A stretch of 64,000 nt of DNA from Lawsonibacter sp. (GCA_020025455.1 JAHHSC010000001.1:12009-76008), one strand, 5' to 3'. Positions 47,744-57,461 are shown, counted from the stretch's first letter. Made by a program: numbers and translations. The notes: generated from the sequence alone by a model not told the origin.

Positions 47744-48991
47744 ATGGACAGGGTTATTTTTCACTGTGATTTGAACTGCTTCTACGCCTCGGTGGAACTG
47801 CTGACGCACCCGGAGCTGCGCCATCTTCCGGTAGCGGTATGCGGCGACCCGGAGAGCCGTCATGGGATCATCCTGGCTAAGAACGAGTTGGCAAAGCAGG
47901 CCGGCGTCAAAACGGCAGAGACGATCTGGCAGGCCCAGCAGAAGTGTCCGGGGCTGGTGCTCCTCCCCCCTCACCACGACCAGTACAAATATTACTCCAA
48001 AAAGGTCAACGCCATCTACCAGGAGTACACCGACCTGGTGGAGCCGTTTGGAATTGATGAGAGCTGGCTGGATGTGACCCAAACGCTCCACCTGTTCGGC
48101 GGAGATCCCCTGGCGCTGGCAAATCAGCTTCGGGATCGGCTGCGAACCGAACTGGGTCTGACCATCTCGGTGGGCGTGTCCTATAATAAAATCTTTGCCA
48201 AGCTGGGCAGCGACTACAAGAAGCCGGACGCCACCACGCTCATCCGTCGGGACAATTTCCGCCAGATCGTCTGGCCCCTTCCCGCCTCTGATCTGCTCTA
48301 TGTAGGCCGTGCTGCCACGCAGGCCTTCCGTAAGTTCAACATCCGCACCATCGGGGATCTGGCCCATTTTGACCGAAACTCCCTCTACACGCTGCTGGGC
48401 AAAAACGGGATTCAGCTGCACAATTTTGCAAACGGGGAGGACAACTCCCCCGTGGCTCCCGCCGGTCAGCACACCCAGCCAAAGTCTGTCGGCAACGGCC
48501 GGACCTTCAGCCGAAACCTTCAGGGACGTGAGGATATCAAAGCCGGTATCGTTCAGCTCTCCGATCAAGTTGCCGCAAGATTACGTAAGCTTTCCATGAA
48601 ATGTGAAGGGATTTCACTTACCATACGTGACCCCAGTTTTCACGATCTGGGACACCAGCAGCGACTGTCCTGCCCCACCAATTTAGGGCGAGAAATCGCA
48701 GCGGCTGCCATGGCGCTGGCAGACGGCTGTTGGAACATGGACCAGCCTGTACGCGCCCTCACGGTCACCGCTCTCTATCTGATCCCGGAGGACGAGACCG
48801 GAGCGCAGATGGATCTGCTGTCCGGAGCAGCGGATAAAAAGCGGGAGCGCCTGGAAAAGCTGGAGGGTGCAATGGACGCCATTCGCGCCAAATTCGGAAG
48901 CGATGCGATTACTACCGCCTCCGCTCCCCTGTCCCACCATGCGCAGCACGCGCCGCCGCCCGGCGGCTATCACTCATATATCGAGGATTGA
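47744..48991 (+). CDS. dinB: DNA polymerase IV
   Basis: FHCDLNCFYASVE, IDESWLDVT, AKLGSDYKKPD, KSVGNGRTF. Confidence 0.95.
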   Translation: MDRVIFHCDLNCFYASVELLTHPELRHLPVAVCGDPESRHGIILAKNELAKQAGVKTAETIWQAQQKCPGLVLLPPHHDQYKYYSKKVNAIYQEYTDLVEPFGIDESWLDVTQTLHLFGGDPLALANQLRDRLRTELGLTISVGVSYNKIFAKLGSDYKKPDATTLIRRDNFRQIVWPLPASDLLYVGRAATQAFRKFNIRTIGDLAHFDRNSLYTLLGKNGIQLHNFANGEDNSPVAPAGQHTQPKSVGNGRTFSRNLQGREDIKAGIVQLSDQVAARLRKLSMKCEGISLTIRDPSFHDLGHQQRLSCPTNLGREIAAAAMALADGCWNMDQPVRALTVTALYLIPEDETGAQMDLLSGAADKKRERLEKLEGAMDAIRAKFGSDAITTASAPLSHHAQHAPPPGGYHSYIED

Positions 48992-49002
48992 GCCCATAGA
49001 TT
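48974..49002 (+). promoter_or_regulatory. Sigma-E-type promoter candidate for the PiT gene
   Basis: TCATATA-N14-CATAGATT overlapping the dinB stop, followed by SD GGAGGTGA. Confidence 0.55.
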
Positions 49003-49022
49003 AGGTGCATGGAGGTGAAGCC

Positions 49023-50054
49023 ATGCACCTTTCTTTTCTTTCTTATCTGGCAGAGCTGTCCCGTTCTCCGGCTCTGACTCTGGTCACGCTGCTGACCATG
49101 TCCGTGGTGCTGGTAAATGGTTGGACCGACGCACCCAACGCCATTGCCGGCGCAGTGGTTACCGGGGCACTTCCCTTTCGCCGCGCCGTTCTGATGGCCG
49201 CGCTATGTAATTTTTTGGGGGTGCTGTGCGTCACTTCGGTGAATGCCTCCGTGGCGGAAACGATCTACTCCATCGCCTCCTTCCACGGTGGCCCAAAGGC
49301 TGCTCTTACCGCACTGTGCGCCGCTATGTGCGCCATTGTGCTGTGGGCGGCAGGGGCTTGGTATTTTGGCATTCCAACCAGCGAGGGGCACGCCCTGGTG
49401 GCCGGGATCTCCGGGGCCGCCATTGCATTGGAGGGGAGCTTCTCCTGTATCCGCCTTGACCAGTGGGGGAAGGTACTGCTCGGCCTGGTTTTATCCACGC
49501 TGGCGGGCTGTTGGGCGGGATGGAAGAGTCAGCGGCTGTTTGCAAGAATTTCTGCCTCCCCCCGTTTCTTTCGGCTGCTGCAATTACCCGGAGCAGCCGG
49601 GGCGGCCTTTCTCCACGGGGCGCAGGACGGGCAGAAATTTCTCGGGGTTTTTCTGCTTGGTGCCGCTCTGGCCCAGGGACGGGCGGACGAGCAGACGTTC
49701 GTGATTCCGCTGTGGCTTATGGTCTTATGTGCCGCCGGAATGGCGCTGGGCACCCTCATTGGCGGCAGACGCATCATCGACAAGGTTGGCCGGGATATGG
49801 TGTCGATCGGTCCAAGGGAGGGGGCCGCCGCAGACCTGGCCAGCTCCGCCTGCCTGCTGTGCGCCACGCTTTTGGGTCTGCCCGTATCCACCACCCACAC
49901 AAAAACTTCTGCTCTGCTGGGGGTAGGCTGGGCTGGCGGTAAACCGGTGGATCGGTCGGTGGTCGGTCACATCGTTCTGGCCTGGATTCTCACCTTCCCA
50001 GGCTGTATGGTTCTGGGCTACTGGTGCGCCAAGTTTTTCCTCACGCTTCTCTAA
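49023..50054 (+). CDS. Inorganic phosphate transporter (PiT family)
   Basis: NGWTDAPNAIA, GIPTSEGHAL, HGAQDGQK, GLPVSTTH, AWILTFP. Confidence 0.9.
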   Translation: MHLSFLSYLAELSRSPALTLVTLLTMSVVLVNGWTDAPNAIAGAVVTGALPFRRAVLMAALCNFLGVLCVTSVNASVAETIYSIASFHGGPKAALTALCAAMCAIVLWAAGAWYFGIPTSEGHALVAGISGAAIALEGSFSCIRLDQWGKVLLGLVLSTLAGCWAGWKSQRLFARISASPRFFRLLQLPGAAGAAFLHGAQDGQKFLGVFLLGAALAQGRADEQTFVIPLWLMVLCAAGMALGTLIGGRRIIDKVGRDMVSIGPREGAAADLASSACLLCATLLGLPVSTTHTKTSALLGVGWAGGKPVDRSVVGHIVLAWILTFPGCMVLGYWCAKFFLTLL

Positions 50055-50076
50055 GCCGCCCTCGGGCGGCTTTTTT
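50053..50076 (+). terminator. Intrinsic terminator after the PiT gene
   Basis: AAGCCGCCC-TC-GGGCGGCTTTTTT. Confidence 0.8.
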
Positions 50077-50173
50077 GCACCCTTTTTTCAATCCAACATA
50101 ACTTAGGTTGGAAGCAGACGCACAGGCGCCTTTCCGCGCCGCCGTACATTTTCGTAAGAAAGGAACATATATC

Positions 50174-50965
50174 GTGACACAAGCACTGATTTGGGCCTCC
50201 GCTGGCACCGGCTTCACCGCCTTGATGACCACACTGGGGGCCGCTATGGTTTTTCTTTTCCGCTCCAGGAGCTCCCCGGTTCTCCACCGGGTCATGCTGG
50301 GCTTTGCCGCCGGGGTCATGATCGCGGCCAGTATGTGGTCCCTGCTTATCCCCGCCATTGAGAAGGCAGAAGAGATGGGGTTTATTGGCTGGCTTCCCGC
50401 CGCAGGAGGCTCCATCGTCGGTGTGGCTTTTCTGCTGGTTATGGACTATCTGCTGCCCAGATTCTGCCCGGAGACGTTCCACCTCAAGGCAGGTGAGACC
50501 TCTCGCCACCGCACCGCACTGCTGGTGCTGGCCGTAACGCTGCACAACATCCCGGAGGGCATGGCGGTCGGGATCTCCTTCGCCCTGGCCGCGCAAAGCG
50601 GTGACCCCGGACTGTACACGGCAGCCGCGGCTCTGGCCGTTGGCATCGGCATCCAGAACTTTCCGGAGGGCGCTGCCATTTCCCTGCCCCTGCGCCAGGA
50701 GGGCATGGGGCGTGGCAAGGCCTTCCTCATTGGGACTCTGTCCGGTCTTGTAGAACCGATTTTCGGGCTGCTCACGGTACTGGTAGTGGGCTCCATCCAG
50801 CCTCTCATGCCCTGGCTTCTCTCCTTTGCCGCCGGTGCGATGCTCTATGTGGTGGTGGAGGAATTGATCCCGGAGGCCAGTGCTTCCCAACGCAAACACA
50901 CCGGAACAATGGGGGTCATGGTCGGGTTTTTGGTGATGATGATTCTGGACGTGGCACTGGGCTAG
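50174..50965 (+). CDS. ZIP family metal transporter (ZupT/GufA)
   Basis: GFAAGVMIAAS, LHNIPEGMAVG, IQNFPEG, EELIPEA. Confidence 0.92.
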   Translation: MTQALIWASAGTGFTALMTTLGAAMVFLFRSRSSPVLHRVMLGFAAGVMIAASMWSLLIPAIEKAEEMGFIGWLPAAGGSIVGVAFLLVMDYLLPRFCPETFHLKAGETSRHRTALLVLAVTLHNIPEGMAVGISFALAAQSGDPGLYTAAAALAVGIGIQNFPEGAAISLPLRQEGMGRGKAFLIGTLSGLVEPIFGLLTVLVVGSIQPLMPWLLSFAAGAMLYVVVEELIPEASASQRKHTGTMGVMVGFLVMMILDVALG

Positions 50966-50966
50966 A

Positions 50967-51740
50967 TCACATCTCCTGCCGAAGCTGGTGCAGGGCACTT
51001 TTCTCCAGCCGGGACACCTGAGCCTGGGAAATTCCAATTTCAGCGGACACCTCCATCTGGGTCCTGCCCTGAAAAAAGCGCATGGTGAGGATCTTTTTCT
51101 CTCGCTGTGTCAGACGTTCCACCGCTTCCTTCAGTGCAATACGCTCCAGCCACTTCTCATCCGTATTTTTGGTGTCCTTCACCTGGTCCATCACGCACAC
51201 CGTATCTCCGTTATCGGAGTACACAGGCTCGTAAAGGGAGACCGGTTCCAGAATGGCGTCCAGGGCAAATACCACATCCTCCCGCCGGATATCCAATATT
51301 TTAGCCACCTCATCAATGGTTGGCTCACGCTGGTGCTCGGACAGATAGGCCTCCTTGGCCTGAAGCACCTTATAGGCTGTGTCCCGCATGGAGCGAGACA
51401 CACGGATCGTACTATTATCGCGAAGGTAGCGTCGGATCTCACCCACAATCATCGGTACACCGTAAGTGGAAAACTTCACATCCATGGTCGTGTCAAAATT
51501 GTCTATGGCTTTAATCAGGCCGATGCACCCAACCTGAAACAAATCGTCCGCGTTCTCCCCCCGGTTGGAAAACCGCTGGATTACAGACAGAACCAGACGG
51601 AGATTGCCTTCGATCAGCTGTTCCCGTGCCTTCTTGTCTCCCTCCCTGGCTCGGAGCAGCAGCGCACGCGTCTCATCACTCTTCAAGACCTTCAGTTTTG
51701 AGGTGTTGACCCCGCATATCTCAACTTTATGCTGCATCAA
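50967..51740 (-). CDS. sigG: RNA polymerase sporulation sigma factor SigG
   Basis: KVEICGVNTSKL N-terminus (SigG-specific), NLRLVLSVIQRF, SQAQVSRLEK; start is TTG at 51740 or ATG at 51737. Confidence 0.95.
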   Translation of the reverse strand: MMQHKVEICGVNTSKLKVLKSDETRALLLRAREGDKKAREQLIEGNLRLVLSVIQRFSNRGENADDLFQVGCIGLIKAIDNFDTTMDVKFSTYGVPMIVGEIRRYLRDNSTIRVSRSMRDTAYKVLQAKEAYLSEHQREPTIDEVAKILDIRREDVVFALDAILEPVSLYEPVYSDNGDTVCVMDQVKDTKNTDEKWLERIALKEAVERLTQREKKILTMRFFQGRTQMEVSAEIGISQAQVSRLEKSALHQLRQEM

Positions 51741-51776
51741 AAGCAAACCTCCTGCCTCGTCAGATACTGTAAGTTC

Positions 51777-51804
51777 AGTATCCCCCGGGCAGGAGGTTTC
51801 ATAC
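51777..51804 (-). promoter_or_regulatory. Sigma-F-type promoter of sigG, embedded in an inverted repeat
   Basis: GTATG-N14-GGGGATACT. Confidence 0.7.
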
Positions 51805-51855
51805 TGCGAAGCCGCAGCTATATTTTATTCCGCAGACTGTTTCAAGCGAATTTGC

Positions 51856-52287
51856 TTACAAATCACCCAGGTGGTCCTCGTCCACCACATGGATCCCGGC
51901 CTGGGTCAGCAGACGGGCGGCAACGCCCTGTCCTGGGATGAGGATTCTGGAAAAGCTGCCATCATACACCTGCGTGCTGCCGCAGGAAGGGGATTTTGCC
52001 TTTAAAACAGCGGCCTGGCAGCCTTCCCGCTGCGCCGTTTCCAGGGCCAGCTCCGCACCTCTGCGGTACTGGGCGGACACGTCCTCTCCGGCCTGATTGA
52101 ACACGCTGCCATCCGGCTGGATCTCAGCCGGAGCGCGCGGCGTGGGCAGGCCCCCATCCACCTCGGGACAGACCGGGATCAAGGTGTGACCCGCCTCCCG
52201 CAGGAGACGGGCCGCTTCGGAGGGTACGCTCCTCCCATCATAGCGGCAGGGCTCCCCTAAAAGACAGCGACTGATCAAAATTTTCAT
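51856..52287 (-). CDS. DUF523 family protein (YbbK / 2-thiouracil desulfurase-like)
   Basis: ISRCLLGEPCRYDG, VCPEVDGGLPTPR, LKAKSPSCG. Confidence 0.9.
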   Translation of the reverse strand: MKILISRCLLGEPCRYDGRSVPSEAARLLREAGHTLIPVCPEVDGGLPTPRAPAEIQPDGSVFNQAGEDVSAQYRRGAELALETAQREGCQAAVLKAKSPSCGSTQVYDGSFSRILIPGQGVAARLLTQAGIHVVDEDHLGDL

Positions 52288-52350
52288 TTCGGCATCCTTT
52301 TCGCCAAACGTAAAAAGTACCCAGCGCTATGCACTGGGTACCAATTTCGT

Positions 52351-52602
52351 TCAGTGGGTCAAGTAGTATTTCACCAACGTCTGCAGCAGCTCGTCCCGGT
52401 CCACCTTGCGGATCAGAGCGCGGGCGTTGTGATGATTGGTGATATAGGTGGGGTCCTCAGACAGAATATAACCGACAATCTGGTTAATCGGGTTATAGCC
52501 TTTCTCCTGAAGCGCCTGATAGACCGTGGAAAGGATCGACTTGATCTCTAAATCACGCTGATCTCCCAGACTGAACTTACGAGTAAAATCTAATTCTTCC
52601 AT
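52351..52602 (-). CDS. IreB/ReoM family regulatory phosphoprotein (DUF965)
   Basis: [43 protein letters not shown]. Confidence 0.93.
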   Translation of the reverse strand: MEELDFTRKFSLGDQRDLEIKSILSTVYQALQEKGYNPINQIVGYILSEDPTYITNHHNARALIRKVDRDELLQTLVKYYLTH

Positions 52603-52717
52603 GAGAACACCTCCTACGAGTCGATGGAATTACTAGCTGTTTTTCAGTTTACCCTAAAAGCGGATTTCTGTAAAGAGGGTTTACGCAAATGAAACAGAAA
52701 TGAAATCATTCCCCTCG

Positions 52718-55600
52718 TTACAGGGTGTCCTCCTGGTTTTGGTCCAGAGGTTCGTCCATATCAAAGGGGGGCGTATCCTCCTGGAAGTCCGGCTGCGGGA
52801 CTGCTTCCGCTGTGGGGGCGGGCGCGGGAGCCGCAGGAGCCTCAGAGACAATGCCCTGTCGGTACTTCATCTCCTGCCACTGCTCCTTGGTAATCATCAG
52901 CTGGCGGGGCTTGCTGCCCTCGAAGGGGCCGACAATGCCCTTCTCCTCCAGCTGGTCTACCAGGCGGGCGGCGCGGGCATAGCCCAGCTTCAGGCGGCGC
53001 TGCAGCATGGAAACCGATGCCTGCCCGGTTTCCACTACAACCTCAGCGGCGGCGTCGATCAGCTCGTCGTACTCGTTGTCCACATCATCGGGGGCCGAAC
53101 CGCCGACACCACGGTTTCCTTTCTCCTTCTCGGCCACATGCTGCTCGATCTCCTGCATGACACTGTCGTCATACTGGGCGGTGCCGCTCTGCTTGACAAA
53201 GTCCACCACGGCGGCCACCTCCTGGTCGGTAATCAGGCAGCCCTGAACACGGGTGGGCTTACCGGCACCAAGCGGGAAATACAGCATGTCTCCGCGTCCC
53301 ACCAGCTTTTCAGCGCCGGTTATATCCAGAATAATACGGGATTCCAGACTGGACGCCACCGCAAACGCAATTCGGCTTGGGATGTTGGCCTTCATCAGAC
53401 CGGTAATGACGTCCGCAGAAGGACGCTGGGTGGCGATGATCAGATGCATACCGGAAGCACGGCCCATCTGGGCCACACGGCAGATGGATTCTTCCACCTC
53501 TTTGGCGGCCACCAACATCAGGTCGGCCAGCTCGTCAATGATGACCACAACCTGGGGCATTTTCTCCATGCCCTCAGTCCGGGCCGCCTTGGCGTTATAA
53601 GAGGCCAGGTCGCGCACCCCCACCTCAGAGAAGGCACGGTAGCGCTTCATCATCTCGTTGACCGTCCATTGCAGCGCGCCGGCCGCCTTCTTGGGGTCGG
53701 TGACCACCGGGATCAGCAGATGGGGAATCCCGTTGTAGATACCAAGCTCCACCATCTTGGGGTCCACCATGATAAGACGGACTTCCTCGGGCGTAGCCTT
53801 ATAGAGCAGTGAGATAATTAGGGAGTTGGTACACACCGACTTACCAGAACCGGTCGTACCGGCAATCAGCAGATGGGGCATCTTGGCGATATTGCCCACA
53901 ATGGGGTTTCCGCCGATGTCCTTGCCTACGGCAAAGGAAACCTTGGACTTGCTGTCGGTGAATGCCTTGGAGCCGATCACGTTATGGATATTGACCGGGG
54001 ACACCAGCTTATTGGGTACCTCGATGCCCACCATCGAGATACGGTCCGGAATCGGTGCGATACGCACACCGGTGGCACCCAGAGCCAGCGCGATATCATC
54101 AGACAGATTGGTGAGCTTGTTGAGCCGGACGCCCTGGTCCAGCTCCAGCTCGTATCGGGTGACAGAGGGGCCTCGGGTCACATCTACGATGTTGGCATCG
54201 ATGCCGAAGGAGTGGATGGTGTCCGACAGGCGCTGACGATTTGCATTCAGCTCTGCCAGCGCCTCTCCCCCAATCTCTCCGGAGCCTTCATTCAGAAGGG
54301 ACAGCGGCGGATATTGGTAGGCCGCTCCCTCCTGCGTCATGGTCTTTTCGATGTCCTGCGTCACCTGGGCCGCTGCCTCCTCGGTCTCCCTGCGTGTCAC
54401 CTTGGCCATTTCAGGTTTCTGGATTACAGGTGTCTCGACGGTGGGTGCCACAGGAACGGCAGAAACAGGCTGTGTGGGGGCGGCCGCCTGTGCAAAGACG
54501 GGTTCGGCAGGCTCCACAGCCGCGCGGGCCACAGGAGCCGACGCGGCCGCCGCGGCTCCGGTCGGTTTGGGCGCGGGGACCGGTTCATAGTCGGGTTCTG
54601 GTGCTGGTGCCGGCTCGGACGCAAATACCGGCTGGGGTGCAGGGGGCACTTCCGGCTTAGGCGGCTCAGGCTGAGGCACAGGCTCGGAAGCGGGTTCCGA
54701 TGCCGGCTCAGGCGCATCCGTCCGGGCAGCACGCGCTCGAAGAAGCTGGTCTGGAGCGGGCACGCGGGACTTTCGATTGAAGAAACTGCGCTTCTTTTCG
54801 GGTACAGGTTCCGGTTTTGGGTCGCTGTAAGTCCCGACAGCATCATCCATGGGAATGTCAATATCAGCCAGACGGGGCTGGGTGCGGGAAACAGGCTCCG
54901 CAGGAGCAGGGGCTGCCTCGCGTCTCTCTTTTCTGGGGCGGGGTGCAGGATAATCCTCCGGCTCATACTCGTAGTGGGGCCGGTTGAAGATCCAATCAGC
55001 CACATCCACCAGCGAGCGGTCAAACGCGGCCAGGCCCAGCATAATGGCCGCCATGGCAAACACGATGGTTGAGCCCAGACGGGTAAAAAGCGCCACGCAG
55101 ATCTGACCCAGAATGCCGCCTACCACACCGCCAGAGCGAAGCAATTCTCCGCTGTCCAGCAGCGTTTTTACCATGGCCCTATCCCATGGCAGCAGTTCAG
55201 CCACCACACCATGGACCATGCAGGAGATGGCCAGCGGGAACAGCAGGGCACAGGTAACGCGCACGGCCACCGGTCGGCCCCGGTGAAAGGCCAAAATGAC
55301 CGAAGTCAGCAGCAGTGCCGGGGACATCAACCAAAACCCGTAGCCGATCAGACCCTTGAGCAGTCCGCAGAAAAAGTCGATAAAGATGGCCTCCATATTG
55401 AAATACCCGAAGGAAACAAAGATGGACAGCAGCAGACAGACAATTGCCCCCACTTCCCGCCGATAAGGTCTGTGGGCAGCCGGTGCAGACGTTGTCTTTG
55501 TTGCCCGGGTTCCGCTCTTCGGTTTTGAGCTGGCAGAGGCCGTGCGTCTCCCGCCGGATGCGGTCCGGCCGCCGCCGCTCTTTTTGCTTGTGGTTGCCAT
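52718..55600 (-). CDS. ftsK: DNA translocase FtsK/SpoIIIE
   Basis: N-terminal TMs, Pro/Ala-rich linker, GTTGSGKS, IIDELADLM, ATQRPS, gamma domain SMLQRRLKLGYARAAR. Confidence 0.96.
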   Translation of the reverse strand: MATTSKKSGGGRTASGGRRTASASSKPKSGTRATKTTSAPAAHRPYRREVGAIVCLLLSIFVSFGYFNMEAIFIDFFCGLLKGLIGYGFWLMSPALLLTSVILAFHRGRPVAVRVTCALLFPLAISCMVHGVVAELLPWDRAMVKTLLDSGELLRSGGVVGGILGQICVALFTRLGSTIVFAMAAIMLGLAAFDRSLVDVADWIFNRPHYEYEPEDYPAPRPRKERREAAPAPAEPVSRTQPRLADIDIPMDDAVGTYSDPKPEPVPEKKRSFFNRKSRVPAPDQLLRARAARTDAPEPASEPASEPVPQPEPPKPEVPPAPQPVFASEPAPAPEPDYEPVPAPKPTGAAAAASAPVARAAVEPAEPVFAQAAAPTQPVSAVPVAPTVETPVIQKPEMAKVTRRETEEAAAQVTQDIEKTMTQEGAAYQYPPLSLLNEGSGEIGGEALAELNANRQRLSDTIHSFGIDANIVDVTRGPSVTRYELELDQGVRLNKLTNLSDDIALALGATGVRIAPIPDRISMVGIEVPNKLVSPVNIHNVIGSKAFTDSKSKVSFAVGKDIGGNPIVGNIAKMPHLLIAGTTGSGKSVCTNSLIISLLYKATPEEVRLIMVDPKMVELGIYNGIPHLLIPVVTDPKKAAGALQWTVNEMMKRYRAFSEVGVRDLASYNAKAARTEGMEKMPQVVVIIDELADLMLVAAKEVEESICRVAQMGRASGMHLIIATQRPSADVITGLMKANIPSRIAFAVASSLESRIILDITGAEKLVGRGDMLYFPLGAGKPTRVQGCLITDQEVAAVVDFVKQSGTAQYDDSVMQEIEQHVAEKEKGNRGVGGSAPDDVDNEYDELIDAAAEVVVETGQASVSMLQRRLKLGYARAARLVDQLEEKGIVGPFEGSKPRQLMITKEQWQEMKYRQGIVSEAPAAPAPAPTAEAVPQPDFQEDTPPFDMDEPLDQNQEDTL

Positions 55601-55688
55601 GTAATCGTTCCTTTCCCATGGAAATCTGGGGTATGTCTAAGTGCCGAAAGCCGCCTGTATGGGCGGCATCGGGACCGTGAAGTTAAAC

Positions 55689-56525
55689 TCAGTGGATGAA
55701 GCGCAGAAGCACCATGGACAACAGGCCGGCACCCCAGCAATAGTAGGCAAAGGCACCGAACTTGCCCTTCGAGGCCAGCAGGTTGACCAGCTTTATGGAG
55801 AAATAACCCACCACACCGGCGATGACCATGCCCATTATGTACTTCGGCAGCAGCTCTGCGGGGATGGCCGCTCCCTCCAGCACCGTCTTGATCACCTTCA
55901 GCAGGGTCGCGCCCAGCACAGCAGGCAGGGACATCAAGAAGGAGAACCGCACCGCAAACTGGCGGTCCAGACCCAGTGCCATGCCGGCAGCGATGGTGCA
56001 GCCGGAACGGGACAGGCCGGGAACGGTGGCGCAGCCCTGCGCTACACCAACCAGCAGCGCATCGGTCAGCGTGGTGTTCCGGGCGTTCTTATGGCCTTTG
56101 GCCATGCGGTCAGAGACGAACAGGAGCAGGCCGGTGACCAGCAGAGCACAGCACACAAACATGGGGTTGTGGCCCAGCGCCTCCACCTTGCTCTCGATGG
56201 GCAGAATCACAAACAGAGGCAGGGTGGCCACGATGACCAGCAAAACCAGGCGGCGCTCCTCCGGCGGGGTCCCCTTGGATGGGTGCCGGGAGCACATATC
56301 CCCGATCCCGCGGAAGAACTCTACGATCATACCAACCACATCGTGCCAATAGTAGATGCACACGGCCAGCAAAGTCGCAAAGTGGAGCAAAATATTGAAG
56401 AGGTTATCAGGCTCCGGCATACCGAAAAAGTGCTGGAGCAGCGTCAGGTGGCCGGAGCTTGAGATGGGCAGAAACTCGGCCACGCCCTGGACAAGACCCA
56501 GGGCAGCAGATTGCAGATAGGTCAA
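55689..56525 (-). CDS. uppP: Undecaprenyl-diphosphate phosphatase (BacA)
   Basis: QGVAEFLPISSSGHL, PGLSRSG, FSFLMSLP; TTG start with SD. Confidence 0.95.
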   Translation of the reverse strand: MTYLQSAALGLVQGVAEFLPISSSGHLTLLQHFFGMPEPDNLFNILLHFATLLAVCIYYWHDVVGMIVEFFRGIGDMCSRHPSKGTPPEERRLVLLVIVATLPLFVILPIESKVEALGHNPMFVCCALLVTGLLLFVSDRMAKGHKNARNTTLTDALLVGVAQGCATVPGLSRSGCTIAAGMALGLDRQFAVRFSFLMSLPAVLGATLLKVIKTVLEGAAIPAELLPKYIMGMVIAGVVGYFSIKLVNLLASKGKFGAFAYYCWGAGLLSMVLLRFIH

Positions 56526-56628
56526 AATATGTACCTCCAATTTTTAGAAATCAACAATGTCACTCATATAATATTAGCACAAATGTCCGAATAATTCCAG
56601 TCTTTTTCTGCCTATGTACCCGCCACGT

Positions 56629-57351
56629 TCAGGCGGGGTCCATACCCTTTTTCCCGTTTCGTTCTGCAATCATCCGGTAGAGACAGTCCAGCGCATCGCT
56701 GAGACCGCCGATCCGGTCAATAAGCCCAAGCTCCACCGCCTCCTCCCCATAGATCACACTTCCCACATCTGCGGCCAGCTCACCTGTTTGCATCATAAGC
56801 TTTGTAAAGGCTTCTCGCTTCACATTGCTGTTTGAGGTCACAAACCGAAGAATCCGGTCTTGGATGCGTTCAAAGTAGTAAAAGGTCTGTGGTACTCCGA
56901 TAACCAGGCCGTTAAGTCGAACCGGGTGGATCGTCATGGCGCCAGACGGGGCAATAAAAGAGCACTTGGCCGATACAGCCAGCGGCACGCCGATGGAGTG
57001 GCTGCCGCCCAACACCAGGGAGACCGTCGGTTTGGACATGGAGGCAATCAGCTCCGATATGGCAAGGCCCGCCTCCACATCTCCCCCCGCATTGTTCAGC
57101 AGGACAAGCAGACCATCGATCTGCTCGCTCCCTTCCACAGCAGCCAGCAGGGGCAGCACATGTTCGTATTTGGTGGTTTTGACGCTGGCCGGCAGCAGCT
57201 GGTGCCCCTCGATCTGGCCCACCACCGTGAGCACATAGATGGTCCCACGCTCCGTCCGCAGCAGTGAAGAGCCCAGGTCGATAATCGGCTGGAGGGTTCC
57301 CCCCTCCTCTCCCCCACTCTCCTGGTGGGGTTCCATAGGTTCCTGCTCCAT
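56629..57351 (-). CDS. tepA: ClpP-like translocation-enhancing protein TepA
   Basis: GQIEGH, KTTKYEH, GGDVEAGLAI, GGSHSIGVP, TIHPVR; lies two genes upstream of ftsK/spoIIIE. Confidence 0.88.
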   Translation of the reverse strand: MEQEPMEPHQESGGEEGGTLQPIIDLGSSLLRTERGTIYVLTVVGQIEGHQLLPASVKTTKYEHVLPLLAAVEGSEQIDGLLVLLNNAGGDVEAGLAISELIASMSKPTVSLVLGGSHSIGVPLAVSAKCSFIAPSGAMTIHPVRLNGLVIGVPQTFYYFERIQDRILRFVTSNSNVKREAFTKLMMQTGELAADVGSVIYGEEAVELGLIDRIGGLSDALDCLYRMIAERNGKKGMDPA

Positions 57352-57420
57352 ACAATCCCTCCTCGCATACCTCTAGGCTGTGCAGAAAAGGGAATTTTTA
57401 CTCACCGGACAGGCAAAGAA

Positions 57421-57461
57421 CACCTCTCCATAGTCGAAGCGGACGACTATGGAGAGGGGTG
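57421..57461 (-). terminator. Hairpin/terminator after the aminopeptidase gene
   Basis: CCTCTCCATAGTCG/CGACTATGGAGAGG inverted repeat. Confidence 0.7.

Noticed and set aside
54330..54970. Repetitive Pro/Ala/Glu-rich DNA in ftsK
   Set aside because: Ordinary disordered FtsK linker; frame intact; not a repeat array.
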